Position numbers and translations under genes: made by a program
Shown here: piece after piece, positions 57,447 through 64,000 of the stretch
How positions within the stretch are numbered: position 1 is the first letter of the stretch
Layout of the letters: the number at the start of each line of letters is the position of its first letter
Virus record (IMG/VR): IMGVR_UViG_3300050821_008578
Location: 1 to 64,000 of that record
From: a virus
Length of the DNA: 64,000 bases
Direction: 5' to 3' (one strand)
Notes under the pieces: model-generated
Seen by the model: the letters and a program-made list of their open reading frames with translations, nothing else
Database searches by the model: none
What the model was told of the DNA's origin: nothing

Positions 57447-57577
57447 TTATTTTGATCCTCTTCAAGTTCTTGTAAAACATTTCTAGCTAAAGTTCCAACT
57501 GGAATAAATTCACCACAAACTTCACCTTCTATCATTCCAGGAACATCATTAGTAATTAATCATTCTCTTGGTTTCAT
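57443..57577 (-). pseudogene. Truncated third MKPRE paralog with an in-frame TGA
   Basis: MKPRE*LITN...LARNVLQELEE; TGA at the codon that is TGG in the neighbouring paralog. Confidence 0.6.
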
Positions 57578-57771
57578 TTTGATGATTCCAATACATCAAA
57601 ATGTTCAGGTTTGAGCCAAATTGTGTGATTATGATCTTCTCCTGCTTTTACCATAATTCTAAATTGACCTTTAGCAGTATCATCTTCACTGATAATAACA
57701 CCTTTACATTTTTCATAAAAACTATTTTCTTCAGTCACTATTACTTCTTGTCCATATCTATATTTTTTCAT
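57574..57771 (-). CDS. Hypothetical SH3-like protein
   Basis: GGAGG SD. Confidence 0.6.
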   Translation of the reverse strand: MKKYRYGQEVIVTEENSFYEKCKGVIISEDDTAKGQFRIMVKAGEDHNHTIWLKPEHFDVLESSK

Positions 57772-57781
57772 TTTTCCTCCA

Positions 57782-58741
57782 TTACATTATAATAGAATTA
57801 GTAGACATATTTAAAGAAGTCCTGGAAATTGATTCAGATTCGGAAAAGAATTTTTGATATCCATCTTTATAATCAGCAGGATCTTTTAATTTACCATTAT
57901 CTGTTTGAGTTAATGGTATTTTAATTAAATTAACTTTTATATCAGCTTTCAATAATTTTATAATTACCTTATTTTGTTCTTCAGCTGTAGTATCCGCATC
58001 TAATGATAAATATACTTCATTTGTCTTATTCTTTAATAAATTAACTTGATAATCAGTGATTGTTTTACCTAATAGTGCAACTGCTGATACACCAGTAGCT
58101 TTGTTAGCAAATATACTACTTACAATACCTTCACAGATAATAACTTTACCATTAACATTATTTATGTTATATAGTATAGCTGATTTACTACCTTCAGTAT
58201 TAATATACCTTGGTTCTTTTCCATTATAGGATCTACCTACTACATAAGTACATTCATTTGAAATATTAAAGAATGGAAATAATATTCTACCAACCCATTT
58301 TCTTACTTCCCTATCTTTAGATTCATCAAAGAAAGGCATACCTACTCTAATATTATATTTTTCAATATCTTGATCAGTAAATCCACGAAGAAGTAAATAT
58401 TTATAAGCAAATGGTGTTTCAGATTTAGTAATAGGACAACTAATTTCATCCAAATTAACCAAATTAACTCTTTTACGAAGAAATATTTTATTTATTTTAT
58501 TTTTAAGATCATTAAAAGTTGTAGCTGTATTTCCAGATAATAAACTTAATTCTTTTAAATCTGATAATCTGCCTCTAGATTGACATCTAAGACAGTTATA
58601 TACCTTTTTCAGAATATTAAAACCTAGATGAAATTTATCATCTACTTTACCTAATTTCTGATAACAGAAAGGGCAATTTGTGAAGAATTCTCCTTCACGG
58701 TGACCTTTAATAATATTATCTGGAATAATATTAAGATCCAT
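57782..58741 (-). CDS. DNA primase (Zn finger + TOPRIM)
   Basis: CPFC...CLRC, YLLLRG, GRILFP, ICEG and LDAD. Confidence 0.88.
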   Translation of the reverse strand: MDLNIIPDNIIKGHREGEFFTNCPFCYQKLGKVDDKFHLGFNILKKVYNCLRCQSRGRLSDLKELSLLSGNTATTFNDLKNKINKIFLRKRVNLVNLDEISCPITKSETPFAYKYLLLRGFTDQDIEKYNIRVGMPFFDESKDREVRKWVGRILFPFFNISNECTYVVGRSYNGKEPRYINTEGSKSAILYNINNVNGKVIICEGIVSSIFANKATGVSAVALLGKTITDYQVNLLKNKTNEVYLSLDADTTAEEQNKVIIKLLKADIKVNLIKIPLTQTDNGKLKDPADYKDGYQKFFSESESISRTSLNMSTNSIIM

Positions 58742-59100
58742 TATTTAGTTCTCAAATGATTAATAGAATATAATGCTCTTTGTGCATATTTCATATATTC
58801 ATCAACACTTATACGTTCATCAAAATTAGTATTATTATCATAAAAATTAGCAGTAGCTAATTGTTTAAGTACTTTTTCTAATTCTGTATTAATACTTTTT
58901 TCAATAAGAAGTTCTTCTCTTAGATTTCTTATTTTTTCTGCACTAACTATATGAGTTGTCACTACTGTACTTTCAGCAACACATTCAGTTAATCTATCTA
59001 CTTCTTCTAAAAGGAATTTAATATCATTGGAACTAAATCCACTTCTTAAATTTGACCATAATCTTCTACGAAGATCATTTAATTTTTCTTCATTTGTCAT
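58741..59100 (-). CDS. Hypothetical coiled-coil protein, first gene after promoter copy 5
   Basis: AGGGGG SD; LLEEVDRL. Confidence 0.6.
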   Translation of the reverse strand: MTNEEKLNDLRRRLWSNLRSGFSSNDIKFLLEEVDRLTECVAESTVVTTHIVSAEKIRNLREELLIEKSINTELEKVLKQLATANFYDNNTNFDERISVDEYMKYAQRALYSINHLRTK

Positions 59101-59119
59101 TAAATTTTCCCCCTAATTA

Positions 59120-59155
59120 CTTATCGGAATAAAGTTCTAAAAACAAAAGGGTTTT
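59120..59155 (-). promoter_or_regulatory. Conserved promoter, copy 5 (variant spacer)
   Basis: AAAACCCTTTTGTTTTTAGAACTTTATTCCGATAAG; ends conserved, spacer diverged and 1 nt longer. Confidence 0.7.
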
Positions 59156-59162
59156 ACAAAAT

Positions 59163-60665
59163 TTATTTTTCATTTTTTAATTTTTGTAATTCCAAGGAAT
59201 GTGCAATTACAATTTTCCAAAATTCAGTTTCATTTTCTGGTACAACTGGTGAAATCTCAGTAAATAATTGAATTCGTTTTTTAGAATGGGAGGCTAAAAA
59301 AATATGAGATTTATCATAGAAATCAATGATATATACATCATTTCTCCCTAGTTTCTTTTTTCTTAATGATCTACCTATTTTTTGGAGATTACTGATACGT
59401 GATTTTCCTCCACCAGCTTGAATAAGACATTCAACACTAGGTAAATCAAATCCTTCGTTCATTACTTGAGACCCAATTACTATTTCCCAAGCATCATTCT
59501 CAAATGCAGTTCTAAAATAACTATAATCAATAGGTACTTCTTCAATCACACCAAATTCATCAAATTGTAAACTAGTCTGACCACCAAATATACATACTAC
59601 TTTACGATGTTTTAAAGACATCATAATTTCTTTGGCATGATCTAATCTTTGCACCAAAATTAATACCTTGAATTTTAAATTAGCAAATTTATTAGCATAT
59701 TGTGTAATATGGTTGTTTCTTATTTTATGTTTTACAATAAAATTATTATATACCACCATCCAATTTTGTGGGTATTTTAACATCCTACCTGGAATAGTCT
59801 TGAAAAATACTACTGGGCGTGAGTTCCTACCAATAGTAACTAAATAAGAAGATGGTAATTCAAAGCAAATACGTCCTGCTAATCCATATAATAAACAATC
59901 TCCTGAATCTTCCCAGATAGTGGTCTCTTTAAAGGCTGATCCAGTATATAATAAGAAATATTTAGGGTTGGTACTAAGAGCTATATTCATCCATGAAACA
60001 GATCTAGAATGATGAGCTTCATCTTCCATTAATAAATCACAGTTAATAATAAAATCATGTAAATAATGATCAGTATTTTTAATTACATTAGATATGCTAT
60101 TTACCACACCAATAATTATTGATTCAGTACCTTTTGGTTTACTATTACCATGCAATACTGCTATTTTATCTTTAGAAAATTGTCTATCTAATGCTCTATT
60201 ATAGAATTGATCTGCTAATGCTACATTTGGTACTAATACTACACCTTTAGTAATCTTATTAGATTCTAGTAAATATTTTATTATTACTAACATTATCTCT
60301 GTTTTACCACCACCAGTACCTATTATATTAATTCCACGTTTCCAACTAATAGCTTTTCTAGCAGCTGCAATTTGGTGTGGTTCTAATTCAATACCAGGTA
60401 AATAATCAACTGGAATATCAACTATATCATGTTCAACTATAGTTGGGTTTTCAATTGTAATTTGAAATGGAGAAACTAATTGTAATGGTTCAACTAACCC
60501 ATAAAATATATGTGGTTTAGTTCTAAATTCTTGATTTTCATAAAATAAAAGGGAAGTAGAATTTCCATTCTTATCCTCCCATAATAATCTCTTTTCAATG
60601 AATTTAATCTCATCAGAAGTATATTCAGTTAAATAGGCAAATTTTCCTTCTAATCGACATTTCAT
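59163..60665 (-). CDS. Superfamily 2 helicase (UvsW-like)
   Basis: GTGGGKT, DEAH, TGS, EGFDLP and QKIGRSLR. Confidence 0.88.
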   Translation of the reverse strand: MKCRLEGKFAYLTEYTSDEIKFIEKRLLWEDKNGNSTSLLFYENQEFRTKPHIFYGLVEPLQLVSPFQITIENPTIVEHDIVDIPVDYLPGIELEPHQIAAARKAISWKRGINIIGTGGGKTEIMLVIIKYLLESNKITKGVVLVPNVALADQFYNRALDRQFSKDKIAVLHGNSKPKGTESIIIGVVNSISNVIKNTDHYLHDFIINCDLLMEDEAHHSRSVSWMNIALSTNPKYFLLYTGSAFKETTIWEDSGDCLLYGLAGRICFELPSSYLVTIGRNSRPVVFFKTIPGRMLKYPQNWMVVYNNFIVKHKIRNNHITQYANKFANLKFKVLILVQRLDHAKEIMMSLKHRKVVCIFGGQTSLQFDEFGVIEEVPIDYSYFRTAFENDAWEIVIGSQVMNEGFDLPSVECLIQAGGGKSRISNLQKIGRSLRKKKLGRNDVYIIDFYDKSHIFLASHSKKRIQLFTEISPVVPENETEFWKIVIAHSLELQKLKNEK

Positions 60666-62890
60666 TATTTTTCATCGCTAGTTATTTTATGTAGTATAGC
60701 TGCTGATGCACGTTCCTTATCTGTTAATTCAGTAACCTTTTTACCATAAAATTGTTCTTCATATTTCCATGCTTTATCAATAATTTTAACTTTCATTAAA
60801 GGAGAAAGACTACATGCATATTTATAGCATAGATAATCTAGCCAATCTTTAATTTGTGGGTGTTTAAATTCAATCATTTCTCTCAATTGATCAAGCGATT
60901 GAAAGCTAGCTTTTTCAAAATCAGGTGGAACATAAAGAGGATTACCTTTTTCATCTTTTTTCTCTTTATCAATATACCCAACTGTTACTGGGAATTCAAT
61001 ATTTTTCCAGCTTCCAGACATTGTAATTGATTTTGCATTAACTAAATAATTATAAGTAGTTTCAAATTTATCAATACCAGTTTCACCTTTTATAGTAATC
61101 TCAACAGTTTGATTTGGCAATGTCAATTTATTTTTAACTGAAGTTAGACGTGTAGTAATACCAACAGTTTTTTCCTGACCATTAGGCAATACTACTTTAT
61201 TGAAAGCTGATCTTTGAACTCTAATTCTAGCTGAAGAATAGAATTTAATTCCACCCCCACCTGGTGATTCAGGTGCTTCATATTGACCACCACCATAAAC
61301 TTGATTTACAAGAATTAATGTACAATTAGATTTAGCTAGTTTAGGTGTTAAATCTCTCAACATGGCCCAAATAACCCGCGGTTTTTCCATCATGCCACCT
61401 GATTGATGTACAAATATACATGAACCATTTAATTCTAAAGCAAAGTTATGCAATCCAGGTACTGTAATATCATATACATCTTCAAATCCAGCATCTTCAA
61501 TTTTAATTATTTTATGATTAAAATATTTAGCTTGTTCGTAAAGATTTTCAAAATTATCAAAATAATTAATAACTGATTGTTTAGTATAATTTCTAATTCT
61601 TTTAATTTTTGAAAAATAAGATTCTGGTGTTAATGGCAACCCCTCATCAATTACTTGCTTAGCTCTTTTTAATATTTTTATTTTAGTTACATTATCATTT
61701 TGATTTTGATAATCAAATTTTCCATTTTTATGTGAATTTTTAGTCCATTCAGAAACTCTATTTTTTCTTTCTTTTGTCCAAGTTTTATCAAGTAATTTAA
61801 TAAATTCAGGATCAGAATTTCTAAGTGTAGTAGCTAATTTAGTTGATTCTCTTTCATTGTATTCAATTAAATGAAGTCTACCATGTTCACTTTTTGTTAA
61901 AATCATTAAATTAGATGGGTTATTATTTAATGGATTCATATCAATATGATGTCTATGATTACCAAAAGGTATATCTCTAATAACCATTTTATGTGTTGGT
62001 ATAAATTCAGGTGAAGTAATTATTTCATAATCACCATTTTTATCTAAATTACCTGAATTATTACCCATTTCATAATATAATGGCATCAAACTATCTTCTG
62101 ATGTTAAATCTTTAGCCTCTTTATATGTTCCATCTCTTAACATAAACTTATGATCTGGGGTACACTTAATAGTTTCATTATTATCAAGTGTTATTTTAAT
62201 CACTTTAGTAGATCTACATGTTTGTCCAGACCACTTCACTTTTCCAGGAGAAACTCTATTTAATTCTTTATCCCATGAATAAACCCAAATATCTTCATTA
62301 TTTTCATATGCTTCTTTCATTTCAAGCATAGTTCTAACTTTACCATCCAGACATTTTACTTTAGTATCTTTGGTAAAACAAAATGCATTAACTTCTCCAC
62401 CTTTTTTTGGTTTAGGGTGGGCTTCATTTTCTGTTTGTAATGCAGCAATAGTATCACAAACAATAATAAGTGGCATCTTATTTTTAATAGATTTATCTAA
62501 AGTTGCTTCCACATTAGCTTTGAATGATTCAAGAGTATCTGCTTCACAAATAAGAAATTTATCAACTGGGCACCCCATATAAAGAGCACGGGTTTTATCT
62601 AAAGCTGATTCAGCCTCTTCCCATAAGACTCCATATTTATCTACTGCTTTCTCTTTCCAATAAGCAGCAAAAGCTTTAGTTACTTCTAAAGCTAAAGTAG
62701 ATTTACCATGGGAATTTTCTCCATAGAATTCATATATCTTTCCAGAATATATTCCCCCACCAAATAAAATATCCATAGGAACACAATCAAAAGAATAAAT
62801 AAAATTAGCATCTGAAGCTAAATTATCAGTAAATAATTTAATCTTATCTGTTCCATCTGAATATTCCTTTAATTCACTCATAAGTCTCAC
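60665..62890 (-). CDS. recA: RecA/UvsX recombinase containing an intein
   Basis: GENSHGKST, DTIAAL, VNQV, PGGGGIKFYSSARI and KNKL. Confidence 0.88.
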   Translation of the reverse strand: MRLMSELKEYSDGTDKIKLFTDNLASDANFIYSFDCVPMDILFGGGIYSGKIYEFYGENSHGKSTLALEVTKAFAAYWKEKAVDKYGVLWEEAESALDKTRALYMGCPVDKFLICEADTLESFKANVEATLDKSIKNKMPLIIVCDTIAALQTENEAHPKPKKGGEVNAFCFTKDTKVKCLDGKVRTMLEMKEAYENNEDIWVYSWDKELNRVSPGKVKWSGQTCRSTKVIKITLDNNETIKCTPDHKFMLRDGTYKEAKDLTSEDSLMPLYYEMGNNSGNLDKNGDYEIITSPEFIPTHKMVIRDIPFGNHRHHIDMNPLNNNPSNLMILTKSEHGRLHLIEYNERESTKLATTLRNSDPEFIKLLDKTWTKERKNRVSEWTKNSHKNGKFDYQNQNDNVTKIKILKRAKQVIDEGLPLTPESYFSKIKRIRNYTKQSVINYFDNFENLYEQAKYFNHKIIKIEDAGFEDVYDITVPGLHNFALELNGSCIFVHQSGGMMEKPRVIWAMLRDLTPKLAKSNCTLILVNQVYGGGQYEAPESPGGGGIKFYSSARIRVQRSAFNKVVLPNGQEKTVGITTRLTSVKNKLTLPNQTVEITIKGETGIDKFETTYNYLVNAKSITMSGSWKNIEFPVTVGYIDKEKKDEKGNPLYVPPDFEKASFQSLDQLREMIEFKHPQIKDWLDYLCYKYACSLSPLMKVKIIDKAWKYEEQFYGKKVTELTDKERASAAILHKITSDEK
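61403..62380 (-). mobile_element. Intein (326 aa) with HNH endonuclease, ending His-Gln
   Basis: CFTKDTKV start, CTPDHKF block B, HHIDMNPLNNNPSNL HNH, VYDITV..HNFAL block F, VHQ|S. Confidence 0.9.
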
Positions 62891-63068
62891 CCTTAGCTAG
62901 AATATATTCAACAGTTACTTTCATAGTACCAGTAAATTCACCAGGTATTTTCTTAATATTATTATTAATATAATTACCATATTCCCAAGCATTCATAATA
63001 TCTTCACCTACTTCAATAAAGGATTCAAAAGTATATGCTCTTTCCATTACTAAAATATTTTTATTCAT
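62874..63068 (-). CDS. Hypothetical protein
   Basis: Coupled ORF. Confidence 0.55.
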   Translation of the reverse strand: MNKNILVMERAYTFESFIEVGEDIMNAWEYGNYINNNIKKIPGEFTGTMKVTVEYILAKGETYE

Positions 63069-63481
63069 TTAGTTTCCTTATTTACATCCCAGTCTTTACG
63101 TTCAAAATTTTGTTTATTTTTTTCTACATATCGGGTAAATACTTCATCAGCATTCATACCTGATGCAAGAGCCATTGACATAAGAAAATGAAAACAATCA
63201 ATAATTTCTTCTTTTAGACCATCCATATCTTTGGTTTTATCCTTCCACCATTTTACATTTTGGGTAGCTGCTTCACGTGTTTCACATACTTCAGCTTGAA
63301 GTGCTGAAGCAAGTCTATCAACCCAATTTCTTCTATTTAATTCCTCAGTAAGAGTTGCACTATAACCACTTTTATAATGAACATTCATACTATCAGGATT
63401 ATAGTGTTGCATTTGTTTCTTTTCAATAACATTAGTATTAAGTTTCTCTTGCATTTCCATCATTTTAGTAAGCATATCCAT
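63065..63481 (-). CDS. Dimeric (all-alpha) dUTPase/dNTP pyrophosphatase
   Basis: Q..LN, KWWK, EEIIDCFHF and YVEKNKQNFER; likely start MDMLTKMM. Confidence 0.8.
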   Translation of the reverse strand: MDMLTKMMEMQEKLNTNVIEKKQMQHYNPDSMNVHYKSGYSATLTEELNRRNWVDRLASALQAEVCETREAATQNVKWWKDKTKDMDGLKEEIIDCFHFLMSMALASGMNADEVFTRYVEKNKQNFERKDWDVNKETK

Positions 63482-63482
63482 A

Positions 63483-64000
63483 TTAACCACCAATTGCTTC
63501 TTTACATTGATACTCATGTGCACAAAGTACACATTTGTTATTATAATAATCTTTATCCTCAAATTTCTCTTTCATTGAAAAACAGTCTGGTGCTCCTGCT
63601 GGCTTTTTACTAGTATTAGATTGTGTATTAAGTACAGTAGCTGCATTAGAACTATTTGTAGGTGCTGATTTAACTGTTTCTTTACTTGTTTTAGCAGTAG
63701 TTTGATTACTTTTTGAAGTTTCATCTTTTGGTTCTTCAACTGTTTCAGTACTAAGAGTTAGAATCTTATTCTCCAAAACATCACGAGTATAGGCTACTGC
63801 ATCTTTCATTTTAGCATGATAAGTGTCATCTGGGTTTTTCCAGATCTTAGCCATATCATACATACCTTCTAACATTGTCTTCATCTCTTCTGTATTAGTA
63901 CTAACTGGAGATGAGCCACGAGAAACAGTACGTTTAAATTTACCTTTCTTTTTTTCACGTTCAAAAGTAACATTAGAACCATTAAGTGGGTCTGTTACAT
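63483..64000 (-). CDS. Putative single-stranded DNA-binding protein (gp32-like), 5' truncated by the window edge
   Basis: Frame is open to the window end; VTDPLNG motif, low-complexity linker and C-terminal PDCF..CVLC..C. Confidence 0.55.
   Translation of the reverse strand, partial: VTDPLNGSNVTFEREKKKGKFKRTVSRGSSPVSTNTEEMKTMLEGMYDMAKIWKNPDDTYHAKMKDAVAYTRDVLENKILTLSTETVEEPKDETSKSNQTTAKTSKETVKSAPTNSSNAATVLNTQSNTSKKPAGAPDCFSMKEKFEDKDYYNNKCVLCAHEYQCKEAIGG

Noticed and set aside
57560-57562. TGA-to-Trp recoding (genetic code 4)
   Set aside because: Many genes end in TGA with ATGA coupling and Trp is encoded by TGG throughout; a single case is better explained as a pseudogene
31898-59155. 35-bp repeats as a CRISPR array
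   Set aside because: Copies are dispersed kilobases apart, each upstream of a gene; no spacers or cas genes
593-62582. Short antisense or alternate-frame ORFs in the track (e.g. 593-838, 1823-2038, 4685-4906, 8426-8629, 15818-16099, 19214-19480, 24781-25131, 39412-39609, 45111-45320, 55612-56355, 62370-62582)
   Set aside because: They overlap well-supported genes, lack SD sequences and have no recognisable motifs

Overview
This is a 64-kb segment of an AT-rich lytic myovirus genome (roughly 30% GC by eye), distantly T4-like, with two convergent halves. The + strand (123-30605) is a compact morphogenesis region. It runs from a prohead protease/scaffold fusion and major capsid protein through neck, sheath, tube, tail chaperone, tape measure and baseplate to a fibre cluster and membrane/lysis-type genes. 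The - strand (30602-64000) carries replication and nucleotide metabolism: SSB, dimeric dUTPase, RecA/UvsX with an HNH intein, SF2 helicase, primase, 5'-3' exonuclease, DnaB-like helicase, a UDG-like/PolA fusion, a sigma factor, NAD ligase and class Ia RNR. Main findings: (1) A thymidine-hypermodification locus (dUMP hydroxymethylase-like TS, dNMP kinase, 5hmdU-DNA-kinase domains, amino acid:DNA transferase), with the transferase translationally coupled to a SET methyltransferase, a GNAT, two amidoligases and a class II glutamine amidotransferase. This suggests an undescribed base modification. (2) Three fibre-like proteins have Sec signal peptides and exactly one Cys pair each; in two of them the pair sits where a signal-less paralogous domain lacks it. 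(3) A ~96-nt RNA is built from two D-loop/T-loop modules with no anticodon arm, and there are further structured intergenic elements. (4) Five copies of a 35-bp promoter match the sigma-28 (FliA) architecture. (5) A probable +1 frameshift (CCC TTT CGT) occurs in the tail chaperone. (6) A gp25 gene can apparently only start at ATT. All product calls come from motif recognition by eye; no database searches were run.
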